Positions 1 to 8,853 of a DNA stretch of 64,000 nt are shown here, piece by piece. Position 1 is the stretch's first letter; each line of letters starts with the position of its first letter. The stretch spans positions 133,532 to 197,531 of the forward strand of contig CAZGOI010000002.1 in NCBI GenBank assembly GCA_964527185.1. The letters are read 5' to 3'. Source of the DNA: an uncultured Candidatus Saccharibacteria bacterium. Lineage in GTDB: Bacteria > Patescibacteriota > Minisyncoccia > Phycocordibacterales > UBA9973. Below the pieces are notes generated by a model, which made no database searches, had not been told where the DNA came from, and saw only the letters and a program-made list of their open reading frames with translations. The translations under genes and the position numbers were made by a program.

Positions 1-2
1 GC

Positions 3-1280
3 ATCGGCGGGATCGGGATTTCGGCGATCGCCCGGATGATGATACACCAGGGCAAAAATGTCACAGGCCAAGATTTACAAGATTCGGAAATTATCAAAGA
101 GCTCGAAAAATCTGGTGCCAAGATCACAATCGACCAAGCGTTTGAAAATATTCCAGAAAATACCGAACTCATAATCTACACAATAGCGATCGAGAGCTAC
201 GACACAGAACTTTATGAAAAATTAAAATCTCAAACAAAAATTCCTGTACGCTCATACCCCCAAATGCTCGGTATCATTAGTCAAGACAAATACACGATTG
301 CCATTTCAGGTACCCACGGCAAGACGACAACCACTGGCATGGTCGCCCAGATATTGCGCGACGAAGGTAAAGACCCAACTGTTATCATCGGTAGCTTACT
401 CGTCGGCGACAATAGCAACTTTATCGCTGGCAAAAGCGAATATTTTGTCGTCGAAGCTTGCGAATACAAGCGCTCGTTTTTAAATATTAACCCAAAAATT
501 TTAGTCATAACAAACATAGATGCCGATCACCTCGATTACTACAAAGATATCGAAGATATAAAAAGCGCTTTTCGGGCGCTCGCCATGAAAGTCCCTAGTG
601 ATGGTTTCGTAGTCTGCGACCCAAGCGCGCCAAATATAAAAGATGTCATAGACGGTATCAACGCCAAGGTCATAAATTATAAAGATTTCTTTAATCCAAC
701 CCAAGCACTAAAAATTCCTGGAGTCCACAACAAAGAAAATGCCGCCGCCGCTTTTGCTGTCGCCTCGATACTGGCTACTTCATATACTGGCGCAAGTCAT
801 CACCTGTCTGAATTTCCAGGCACCTGGCGACGTTTTGAATACAAAGGCAAACTTAAAAATAGCGCTCTCATATATGACGACTACGCTCATCACCCAGCCG
901 AGATCAAAGCCACCCTCCTTGGTTTTCGTGAACTTTACCCCAAAAAAGATAGCTGGAAGATCACCGTCATATTCCAGCCGCATCTATTCAGTCGCACAAA
1001 ATTGCTCCTACCAGATTTTGCCACAAGCTTTGAAGAATCTGATCTAGTTGTAATTTTGCCCATATACTATGCTCGTGAAGAAGACGACGGAACTATTTCT
1101 TCTAAAATATTAGCAGACCGCATAAATCACGCTGGCACAGTAGCCGAATCGTTTAAAGATTTTGAGAGCGCTGAAAGATATATTAAAGAATGGTTACCAA
1201 AGATGAATGACAAAGATGTAATAGTTACTATGGGTGCCGGGGAAGCCTTTAAAATAGGGGATTCTCTGCTCCTTAGCTAA
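3..1280 (+). CDS. murC: UDP-N-acetylmuramate--L-alanine ligase (5'-truncated by window edge)
   Basis: Frame is open upstream of the ORF-track start and reads IGGIGISAIARMM (MurC Rossmann motif); GTHGKTTT P-loop, EACEY, DHLDYY, DDYAHHP, FQPH, MGAG motifs. Confidence 0.96.
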   Translation: MGGIGISAIARMMIHQGKNVTGQDLQDSEIIKELEKSGAKITIDQAFENIPENTELIIYTIAIESYDTELYEKLKSQTKIPVRSYPQMLGIISQDKYTIAISGTHGKTTTTGMVAQILRDEGKDPTVIIGSLLVGDNSNFIAGKSEYFVVEACEYKRSFLNINPKILVITNIDADHLDYYKDIEDIKSAFRALAMKVPSDGFVVCDPSAPNIKDVIDGINAKVINYKDFFNPTQALKIPGVHNKENAAAAFAVASILATSYTGASHHLSEFPGTWRRFEYKGKLKNSALIYDDYAHHPAEIKATLLGFRELYPKKDSWKITVIFQPHLFSRTKLLLPDFATSFEESDLVVILPIYYAREEDDGTISSKILADRINHAGTVAESFKDFESAERYIKEWLPKMNDKDVIVTMGAGEAFKIGDSLLLS

Positions 1281-1362
1281 GGTGTTTATAACTCTTTTAC
1301 ATTGTGTTCTATAAATAATATAATTAAAGCATTATCAATCAATTTGTCGATATTAAACAAAC

Positions 1363-1755
1363 ATGGCAAAAAAATTAGCAAAGATTTTCGGTATAGTGTT
1401 TATCGTTGTCGGCTTGCTCGGTTTCTTCAATAATCCAGTTCTCGGGTTGTTTGAGGTGAACACCGCTCACAACGTAGTACACCTTTTGCTCGGTGTGATC
1501 CTCCTTTGGGGCGCTAAGAGCAATGCAAGTAAAGTCCTTAAATGGGTTGCAATCGTATACTTCGTAGTCGCCCTTCTAGGTTTCTTTATGGCTTCAAGTG
1601 GTGGCATGTTGCTTGGCTTCATTGATGTTAATGCCGCAGACAATTGGCTGCATCTTGTTCTTGCTCTTGTTCTCTTTTGGGCAAGTATGGGTGGCAAAAA
1701 GCCTATGATGCCTTCGTCTGCTCCATCATCGGGCGGTAGTGGCGCATCTATGTAA
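1363..1755 (+). CDS. DUF4383-like small integral membrane protein
   Basis: Four hydrophobic helices with the internal repeat HNVVHLLLG / DNWLHLVLA. Confidence 0.7.
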   Translation: MAKKLAKIFGIVFIVVGLLGFFNNPVLGLFEVNTAHNVVHLLLGVILLWGAKSNASKVLKWVAIVYFVVALLGFFMASSGGMLLGFIDVNAADNWLHLVLALVLFWASMGGKKPMMPSSAPSSGGSGASM

Positions 1756-1760
1756 TCTAA

Positions 1761-1799
1761 AACATAAAACACCTCGAGAGCATCGAGGTGTTTTATGTT
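1761..1799 (+). terminator. Intrinsic terminator-like 17-bp inverted repeat
   Basis: AACATAAAACACCTCGA-gagca-TCGAGGTGTTTTATGTT immediately after the stop codon. Confidence 0.85.
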
Positions 1800-1810
1800 A
1801 GAATATATAT

Positions 1811-2641
1811 GTGAGAATAAAAAAATACGCTTTTATTTTATTTATTTTTGCATCAATTTTTTTTACTAGGGCGGCAGGTGCCGTCGATAGTTATTCTGTT
1901 GGTTTTGTGCAACAGCAAATATGGTATTCAAAATCACCACTTGTCGAAGGTGACAATGTAAAAATCCACACCGTCGTTTGGAATGGAACATCAGCAAGCA
2001 TTTCTCTGCATGTAGAATTTGATGATAAAAATGTCGTCTTGGGTAGTCGCGATGTTTTGCTTGACCCATCGACCCTCAAGGATGTCTCGATTTCTTGGGT
2101 CGTAACTTCTGGCGACCACTATATTTCTGCAAAAATTACATCCTCGAATACAAAAGGTGCAACAGATAAAATAGATGTCACACCAAACACCAACCAAACC
2201 TCTATCGACCATCAATTTGTTCCAGTTACGATTAAAACAGTCGATGGCAATCAAGCTTCGAGTGCTGATATTATAAAAAATGAAGTTAGCAAAGCAAATT
2301 CAGAAATAAAAAATATAGTACCAAGTAATATAGTAGATACGACAGCGAATTTATTTTCATCGATCGACAGCAATCGGCAAAATACCTATAACAATCTATT
2401 GTCTATCGAAAAAGATACCCAAAAACATCTCGATGGTTTAAATACAAACCAAAAATCACAAATTCAAACTCCACAAAATGGGAAATTATTCGATGCAACC
2501 GAAAAACCAATAACCTATGTAAAATTATTCCTAGTCGGCACTCTCATGCTTGTGTTTGGCAATGCAATTATTTTTTACTCACTATGTGGCCTCGTTCTAT
2601 TTATCACAATACGGTTCATCTATAGAAAAATAAGAAGATAA
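1811..2641 (+). CDS. Secreted/membrane-anchored hypothetical protein with Ig/CARDB-like N-terminal domain
   Basis: Signal peptide, beta-rich segment (EGDNVKIHTVVWN...SWVVTSGDHYISA), C-terminal TM helices and basic tail. Confidence 0.6.
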   Translation: MRIKKYAFILFIFASIFFTRAAGAVDSYSVGFVQQQIWYSKSPLVEGDNVKIHTVVWNGTSASISLHVEFDDKNVVLGSRDVLLDPSTLKDVSISWVVTSGDHYISAKITSSNTKGATDKIDVTPNTNQTSIDHQFVPVTIKTVDGNQASSADIIKNEVSKANSEIKNIVPSNIVDTTANLFSSIDSNRQNTYNNLLSIEKDTQKHLDGLNTNQKSQIQTPQNGKLFDATEKPITYVKLFLVGTLMLVFGNAIIFYSLCGLVLFITIRFIYRKIRR

Positions 2642-2686
2642 ATTGCTAATTTGTCAACCAAACAATTTCTAGCGTATAATGCCTTC

Positions 2687-2956
2687 ATGAAGAGATTTGG
2701 CTTTGATTTTTTGCTTTTTGTTTCCATCTTTGCCCTGCCTTGGTGGTTGACAGCCTTACTTGCGCTTGTTGGCTTGTTTTTATTTAAAAACTTCTACGAG
2801 TTTCTTGTCACCGGAGCGATAGTCTTTTCGTTATTCTCGGAGGGGACAATGCAATTTATCTCTTCGCGGCTATGGTTCCCGCTTTTACTCGGCGCTATAT
2901 TTATAGGTGTCCAAATATTGCGCAACAATATAATCCTTTATCGCAATGACATTTAG
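2687..2956 (+). CDS. Small membrane protein upstream of PBP2 (possibly a reduced MreD-like protein)
   Basis: Hydrophobic 89 aa; ATG 2687 lies 6 nt after TATAAT; overlaps the mrdA start. Confidence 0.5.
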   Translation: MKRFGFDFLLFVSIFALPWWLTALLALVGLFLFKNFYEFLVTGAIVFSLFSEGTMQFISSRLWFPLLLGAIFIGVQILRNNIILYRNDI

Positions 2957-4643
2957 AAAAAGAAAAAAACTAATAAATAAAAATATCGACCCAGATGAAA
3001 TATTCTTGGATTCTACAAACCTGCCCAACTTCAACACCCAGCAATTTGAAGGTCGTATTGAAAAACCAATACCAAAGCGATCAATATTTTTTATTGGCGG
3101 ATTTTTCGCTTTGGTCGCCATTATTTTTACTTGGCAGCTTGGACAATTGCAGATTAAACACGGTGAGGCCTACTATACAAAAAGCCAAAACAACACCCTG
3201 TCTAAGCAGCCAATATTTTCCGACCGTGGGCTCATCTACGATAGGCAAGGAACTTTACTTGCATGGAACGTCTGGGACAAAGACAATATAAATAAATTCT
3301 TGCCACCCAAGCGCGCCTATACAAGCGACTCTGGTTTTGGATTACTGCTTGGTTACGTTAGTTCGCCGGCTCATGATTCTTCGGGTAACTATTGGCAAGA
3401 AAATTTCATAGGTAAAGATGGAGTTGAAAAATATTACGATAATAATTTAACGGGTAAAAATGGTGTTCGTATCACTGAAACCGATGCAAGCGGTGTCGTC
3501 CAATCAGAAAATACAGTTTCAGAACCAAAATCTGGCCAAGATATCAAGCTCTCTATAGATGCCAGGATAGAAAAAGAAATATATAAAGCTATCTCTGGCA
3601 TGGCCTCCTCAGCTTCATTTTCTGGTGGGGCAGGGGTCATCATGGATATTAAAACAGGCGAGCTCCTAGCTCTGACAAGTTACCCAGAGTACAACGCTAC
3701 GATTTTATCGACAGGCCAAGATAAAAAAACTATCAACGGCTATATCAACGACAAAAGAAAAGTTTTTCTAAACCGAGCTGTCGCCGGACTCTACACCCCG
3801 GGTTCGATAGTCAAACCATTTATTGCTTATGGTGCGCTAGTTGAAAACATTATTTCGCCATTCAAAGAAATTTTTGCTAATGGTTCGATCTCGGTTCCCA
3901 ACCCATACTTTCCAAATAAGAAATCAATATTTAAAGACCATGGATCTTTTGGTAATGTAGATATGCAAAAAGCCATAGCCCTTTCTTCAGACGTATATTT
4001 TTATGAAATTGGCGGTGGATATCAAGACCAAAAAGGTTTAGGCATCGTTAATATAGACAAATACACAAGCATGTTTGGACTCGCGCAAAAAACAGGCATC
4101 GACCTACCAGGTGAAAAAGCTGGAGTCATTCCAACACCAGAATGGAAAGCTCAAAATTTCAAAGGCGATATCTGGCGTATTGGGGATACATATAATACCG
4201 CTATCGGTCAATATGGTTTTCAAGTAACGCCGATTCAAATGGCTAGAGCCGTAGCTGGGATTGCAGCTGATGGCGTCATACCGACTCCACACGCAAAGCT
4301 CGATGACGCAATACTTGAAGCGCAAAAAACCACGCTACTTGTCGATGAGAACGATTTGCAAACCATTAGAGATGCCATGCGGCACGTTGTGACCGATGGT
4401 ACAGGAACGGCTCTCAATGGCTTAAGCATTAAAGTTGCGGCCAAATCTGGAACAGCCCAAGTCGGTCTCGGCAATACCAACACCAACTCTTGGATCGTCG
4501 GCTTTTTCCCGTATGACAAACCAAAGTATTCATTTGCTATTTTAATGGAGCGTGGCCCCAAATCTGCCTCTGGCAATGCCACCCAGGTCGCTAGAGATGT
4601 TATAGATTATATGAGCGTCTATACGCCAGAATACCTTAAATAA
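2946..4643 (+). CDS. mrdA: Penicillin-binding protein 2 (class B transpeptidase)
   Basis: N-terminal TM, RGLIYDR dimerisation motif, SIVK (SxxK), SSD (SxD), KSGTAQ. Confidence 0.9.
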   Translation: MTFRKRKKLINKNIDPDEIFLDSTNLPNFNTQQFEGRIEKPIPKRSIFFIGGFFALVAIIFTWQLGQLQIKHGEAYYTKSQNNTLSKQPIFSDRGLIYDRQGTLLAWNVWDKDNINKFLPPKRAYTSDSGFGLLLGYVSSPAHDSSGNYWQENFIGKDGVEKYYDNNLTGKNGVRITETDASGVVQSENTVSEPKSGQDIKLSIDARIEKEIYKAISGMASSASFSGGAGVIMDIKTGELLALTSYPEYNATILSTGQDKKTINGYINDKRKVFLNRAVAGLYTPGSIVKPFIAYGALVENIISPFKEIFANGSISVPNPYFPNKKSIFKDHGSFGNVDMQKAIALSSDVYFYEIGGGYQDQKGLGIVNIDKYTSMFGLAQKTGIDLPGEKAGVIPTPEWKAQNFKGDIWRIGDTYNTAIGQYGFQVTPIQMARAVAGIAADGVIPTPHAKLDDAILEAQKTTLLVDENDLQTIRDAMRHVVTDGTGTALNGLSIKVAAKSGTAQVGLGNTNTNSWIVGFFPYDKPKYSFAILMERGPKSASGNATQVARDVIDYMSVYTPEYLK

Positions 4644-4647
4644 GTCT

Positions 4648-4676
4648 TTGACATAAAGGCCCAAAACATATATACT
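4648..4676 (+). promoter_or_regulatory. Sigma70-type promoter of greA-lysS
   Basis: TTGACA (4648-4653), 17-bp spacer, TATACT (4671-4676), ATG 9 nt downstream. Confidence 0.8.
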
Positions 4677-4685
4677 AGGCCGATT

Positions 4686-5147
4686 ATGGATGAAATCCAT
4701 TATATAACTGAAGACAAAAAACGGGCTTTAATTGAGGAATTAAACCATTTAAAGAACGTAAAACGCAAAGAAATATTGGAAACACTGCAGGCCGCTAAAG
4801 CTCTGGGGGATTTGTCTGAGAATGCAGAATACCATCAAGCCCGCGAAGACCAAGGCAAGACCGAAGATCGGATAAACCAAATCGAATATATGTTGCAATC
4901 AGCTGTCGTGGTCAAGAAACACCATAGCGACAAAGTAGAAATCGGCACTGTTGTTCAAGTTAAAAAAGACGACAGCAAAGTAATCGAATACAGCATAGTC
5001 GGGGCAGAGGAGGCTGACATGGCTAAAAATAAAATTTCAAACAAATCTCCAATCGGCGAGGCGCTTTTCGGCAGATCAAAAGGCGATACCGTTTCGATCA
5101 ATACCCCAAAGGGTCTAGTCAAATACACTATTGTTGATATACAATAG
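4686..5147 (+). CDS. greA: Transcription elongation factor GreA
   Basis: GDLSENAEY motif; ISNKSPIGEAL C-terminal motif. Confidence 0.97.
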   Translation: MDEIHYITEDKKRALIEELNHLKNVKRKEILETLQAAKALGDLSENAEYHQAREDQGKTEDRINQIEYMLQSAVVVKKHHSDKVEIGTVVQVKKDDSKVIEYSIVGAEEADMAKNKISNKSPIGEALFGRSKGDTVSINTPKGLVKYTIVDIQ

Positions 5148-5152
5148 AGCCT

Positions 5153-6610
5153 ATGGCGTCTCTCGAAGAACTTCGCAGTGCTCGAATCGCAAAAATAGAG
5201 AAATTGAAGTCTTATGGTATGGATCCATACACGGCCGAATCTTTTCGCACCCATAAAATATCAGAAGCCCTCGACGGTTTCTCGATGCTCGAGTCAGACG
5301 GGACAAATATTACTCTTTCTGGCCGAGTTTTGACCATTCGCGGCCAAGGCGCAATTTTATTTTTCAATTTCACAGATGGCACCGGAATTTTCCAAGGTTT
5401 AGTAAAAAAGGGCGAGTTCGACGATGAACTTTTTAAACTTTTTGTCGACACTGTCGATGGTGCAGATTTTATTGAAGTCACTGGCGCTCTTTTTAAAACA
5501 AAAACCGATGAAAAAACAATTCTTGTTAAAAACTGGCGGATGCTGACCAAAGCCCTAGCTCCTTTGCCAGACAAATGGGCAGGACTGCAAGACACAGAAG
5601 AAAAATTTAGAAAAAGATATTTGGATATTTTAACGACACCAGAACTGCAAGAACTTTTTCAAAAGAAATCAAAGTTCTGGGAAGTAACTCGTGATTTTAT
5701 GAAGTCACATGGCTTTCTAGAAGTCGAGACGCCAACACTCGAACTGACGACCGGCGGCGCTGAAGCCAACCCGTTCAAGACCCACCATAAAGATTTTGAC
5801 CTCGATGTTTATCTGCGCATATCGATAGGCGAGCTCTGGCAGAAGAGGCTTATGGCGGCTGGCTTCCCTAAAACTTTTGAGATAGGCCGGGCATATCGCA
5901 ACGAAGGTTCTAGCCCGGAACATTTGCAAGAATTTACCAATATGGAGTTCTATTGGGCTTATGCCAACTATAAAGATGGTATGAAGCTAACAGAAGACCT
6001 ATTCCAAACCATTGCCAGGGAGGTTTTCGGCACGACGACATTTTCGACAGGTGGCCACACGTTTGATCTGGCAGGAGATTGGCAAAAGATAGAATATAAA
6101 GACGAAGTGCTCAGGCAAACAGGTATAGACGTTTTAAAATCGACCGACAAAGAAATGAAATCTAAACTAGACGAACTCGGAATAAAATATGAAGGTGAAA
6201 ACCGCGAACGCTTTATCGACAGCCTCTGGAAATATTGCCGGAAAAATGTTTCAGGCCCAGTTTTTTTGATTCACCATCCAAAACTTGTTTCGCCGCTTTC
6301 AAAATCTTTGCCGGAAAATAGGGAGCTAACAGAAAGATTTCAAATAATAATTGCTGGTTCTGAATTGGGTAATGGATTCTCTGAATTAAACGACCCAGTT
6401 GACCAGCGAGAAAGATTTGAGTTGCAACAGAAACTCATTGACGCTGGCGACAGTGAGGCAATGCAACCAGAATGGGATTTCGTCGAAATGCTAGAACACG
6501 GAATGCCACCGACGTGCGGTTTTGGTTTTGGTGAGAGATTATTCTCTTTTATGGTAGACAAGCCAATTCGCGAAACACAACTCTTCCCATTAATGAAACC
6601 AAAAGAATAA
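5153..6610 (+). CDS. lysS: Lysine--tRNA ligase (class II)
   Basis: OB-fold N-terminus, RKRYLD, GGAEANPFKT, YRNEG, ELGNGFSELNDP, GMPPTCG. Confidence 0.97.
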   Translation: MASLEELRSARIAKIEKLKSYGMDPYTAESFRTHKISEALDGFSMLESDGTNITLSGRVLTIRGQGAILFFNFTDGTGIFQGLVKKGEFDDELFKLFVDTVDGADFIEVTGALFKTKTDEKTILVKNWRMLTKALAPLPDKWAGLQDTEEKFRKRYLDILTTPELQELFQKKSKFWEVTRDFMKSHGFLEVETPTLELTTGGAEANPFKTHHKDFDLDVYLRISIGELWQKRLMAAGFPKTFEIGRAYRNEGSSPEHLQEFTNMEFYWAYANYKDGMKLTEDLFQTIAREVFGTTTFSTGGHTFDLAGDWQKIEYKDEVLRQTGIDVLKSTDKEMKSKLDELGIKYEGENRERFIDSLWKYCRKNVSGPVFLIHHPKLVSPLSKSLPENRELTERFQIIIAGSELGNGFSELNDPVDQRERFELQQKLIDAGDSEAMQPEWDFVEMLEHGMPPTCGFGFGERLFSFMVDKPIRETQLFPLMKPKE

Positions 6611-6633
6611 AAAACCGCATCGCTGCGGTTTTT
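6609..6633. terminator. Bidirectional intrinsic terminator
   Basis: AAAAAACCGCA-tcgc-TGCGGTTTTT between convergent genes. Confidence 0.8.
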
Positions 6634-6643
6634 AATAATGATT

Positions 6644-6841
6644 TTAGAGTTCTTCAATTGGGGGTATTTGGTTTTTTTCTTCAAATTTTAAGTCAGGTGT
6701 GTATACAATAGGATCCGACTCACCTTTCTTTTTTGTGTGCAAAAAATGATCTGGATTGATTATTCCAAACACACAACTACCATTTTCATCGATACCTAAT
6801 AATATCCCTATGATTGATTTTTTCGGTTCATGTTTTTCCAT
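6644..6841 (-). CDS. Small hypothetical protein (65 aa)
   Basis: ATG ORF in an AT-rich insert with no competing gene. Confidence 0.45.
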   Translation of the reverse strand: MEKHEPKKSIIGILLGIDENGSCVFGIINPDHFLHTKKKGESDPIVYTPDLKFEEKNQIPPIEEL

Positions 6842-6856
6842 GAGTATTTTTTTAAG

Positions 6857-7021
6857 TTAGGAATTTTTTTGTTTTTCAGGTACATATTCCGTAAAGATGA
6901 TCCTAGTTCTTTTTTTTCTGGGTTTTAAAATCATTTTTCCTTCTTCATTAAATTTGTTGGTTTTAGCAAATATGAACCCACCGAGTTTTACTATTTTCAG
7001 TGGTTGATTTTTGTTTGCCAT
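6857..7021 (-). CDS. Small basic hypothetical protein (54 aa, below ORF-track cutoff)
   Basis: Manual translation MANKNQPLKIVKLGGFIFAKTNKFNEEGKMILKPRKKRTRIIFTEYVPEKQKNS*; TAGACA-17-TAGTAT promoter-like signal upstream. Confidence 0.45.
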   Translation of the reverse strand: MANKNQPLKIVKLGGFIFAKTNKFNEEGKMILKPRKKRTRIIFTEYVPEKQKNS

Positions 7022-7085
7022 GTTTTAAAATAATTTTTCTACATACTATCACACAATTTTTATCTTGTCTAGTCAAGGCTTAAAT

Positions 7086-7094
7086 TTATCCACA
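7086..7094 (+). promoter_or_regulatory. Consensus DnaA box upstream of the mraZ promoter
   Basis: TTATCCACA perfect match. Confidence 0.7.
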
Positions 7095-7100
7095 GTTTTA

Positions 7101-7166
7101 GTGGGGGATTTCATTTGTATTGTGGGATAAAGTGGTTTATAATTAAGCCCAGTGGTATAAGGTGGG
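7101..7166 (+). promoter_or_regulatory. MraZ-binding direct repeats (dcw boxes)
   Basis: GTGG(G/T) at 7101, 7122, 7132, 7152, 7162 (about 10-bp phasing) around TATAAT 7138-7143, upstream of mraZ. Confidence 0.8.
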
Positions 7167-7200
7167 AAATAATAATTATATCCTTATTTCACAAGACAAT

Positions 7201-7635
7201 ATGCTCATCGGAGAATACAACCATACACTAGATGAAAAAAATAGAATGTCTCTTCCAGTAAAGTTTCGAAAAGAGATGGGCAAGAGTGTCGTGGTCGCAC
7301 CCGGCCTTGATAATTGTCTGTCGCTTTTTACAACAAAAGAATGGGAAAAAATTTCAAGCAAACTCTCAGATTCGTCGATGATTGCCTCTGACAATAGAAG
7401 TTTTTCGAGATTTATGTTTGGCCAAGCCATGGTAGTTGATGTCGATGCCCAGGGCCGAATACTAATCCCGGAGAATTTAAAAAATCGTTCCAAACTTTCA
7501 TCGAGAGTAATTGTCATCGGAGTTCAAAACCGTGCAGAAATCTGGAACGAAAAAGCTTGGCATGAATACAAGAAAATTGTCGAAACACAGGCAGACGCCC
7601 TGGCAGATAAATTGGGGCAGGTAGGAGTTCTTTAA
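7201..7635 (+). CDS. mraZ: Division/cell wall cluster transcriptional regulator MraZ
   Basis: MLIGEYNHTLDEKNR, DAQGRILIP, AEIW motifs; start moved to ATG 7201. Confidence 0.96.
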   Translation: MLIGEYNHTLDEKNRMSLPVKFRKEMGKSVVVAPGLDNCLSLFTTKEWEKISSKLSDSSMIASDNRSFSRFMFGQAMVVDVDAQGRILIPENLKNRSKLSSRVIVIGVQNRAEIWNEKAWHEYKKIVETQADALADKLGQVGVL

Positions 7636-7642
7636 AAATATT

Positions 7643-8533
7643 ATGCATATTTCAGTACTTCGCGATGAATCGATAGACTCGCTTCGCATCGTCTCTGGTG
7701 ACATCGTTGTCGACGGGACGCTCGGCGGCGGCGGGCACACCCTTGAGATGATCAAACGATACGGTTCAGGCATAAAGATAATAGGCCTAGACCTTGACCG
7801 CGATGCAGTTGAGAGAACAAAAAGGCTTATCGGTGGAACTATTTCTGATGCGACACTACGAATTTCTGGTTTTCAAAGTCTAGACAAAGTTTTGAGCGAG
7901 CTAAATATAACCCACGTCGACAAAATTTTGCTCGACCTCGGTATATCTTCATTTCAACTCGAATCCTCTGGCCGCGGTTTTACATTTCAAAAAAATGAAC
8001 CATTACTAATGACGATGAAGGCAGAACCGAGTGACAGCGACCTGACAGCAGAAGATATCGTAAACACTTGGGAAGAGAAAACGCTCGCCGATATCATCTA
8101 TGGCTTTGGAGAAGAAAAGTATTCTCGGGCAGTAGCCAGAGCGATAGTAACCGCCCGAAAAGAAAAAGCCATCGAAACCACTTTTGACCTCGTGCAGATT
8201 ATAGATAAAGCCATCGGCAAGTATTACAAACGATCGAAAATCAACCCAGCAACAAAAACATTCCAAGCTCTGCGCATTGCCGTCAACAGCGAGCTTACGA
8301 ATTTAGAAAAAGCCATCGAGGCAAACTTCAAGCTCTTAAAGGCGGGAGGCCGAATGGCCATAATTTCTTTTCACAGCCTCGAAGACCGGATAGTCAAAAG
8401 GGCTTTTATAAAAATAAAAAATGAAGGATATGCAAATATTGTGACAAAAAAACCAATTACACCAAGCCAAAACGAACTAGAGCAAAACCCTCGCGCTCGA
8501 AGCGCAAAATTAAGAGTAATAGAAAAAATATGA
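7643..8533 (+). CDS. rsmH: 16S rRNA m4C1402 methyltransferase RsmH (MraW)
   Basis: DGTLGGGGH, DLGISSFQL, TFQALRIAVN, SFHSLEDRIVK, NPRARSAKLR. Confidence 0.97.
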   Translation: MHISVLRDESIDSLRIVSGDIVVDGTLGGGGHTLEMIKRYGSGIKIIGLDLDRDAVERTKRLIGGTISDATLRISGFQSLDKVLSELNITHVDKILLDLGISSFQLESSGRGFTFQKNEPLLMTMKAEPSDSDLTAEDIVNTWEEKTLADIIYGFGEEKYSRAVARAIVTARKEKAIETTFDLVQIIDKAIGKYYKRSKINPATKTFQALRIAVNSELTNLEKAIEANFKLLKAGGRMAIISFHSLEDRIVKRAFIKIKNEGYANIVTKKPITPSQNELEQNPRARSAKLRVIEKI

Positions 8534-8853
8534 CAAAAGTAAAAGCAATCACAGTCGATATAGCAAAAAATACAAACACTCAGAAAACAATATTCCGAGC
8601 GCTTATTGCCTGTCTGATGCTCCTTTCTGTCGTCTATGGGTATTTGATTGGCTCCATTACATTTAATATTTTGGCTCGCAAATCTCTTGAAACAACTGTC
8701 CGTAGCCTAAGCACGAACGTCAGTAACCTCGAACTTGAATATTTAAATAAAACAAACAAGATAGACAAACAATACGCCAACAGCTTGGGATTTGTGAACG
8801 CAAATGATAATATCTTTGTAACACGCAGCGTTTCGAGTGTTGCTATAAGATAA
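8530..8853 (+). CDS. ftsL: FtsL-like cell division protein
   Basis: Bitopic TM plus coiled coil ending in ANSLGF; canonical position between rsmH and ftsI. Confidence 0.6.
   Translation: MTKVKAITVDIAKNTNTQKTIFRALIACLMLLSVVYGYLIGSITFNILARKSLETTVRSLSTNVSNLELEYLNKTNKIDKQYANSLGFVNANDNIFVTRSVSSVAIR

Noticed and set aside
7086-7094. Replication origin
   Set aside because: Only isolated DnaA boxes, no cluster and no dnaA/dnaN nearby; better read as promoter sites
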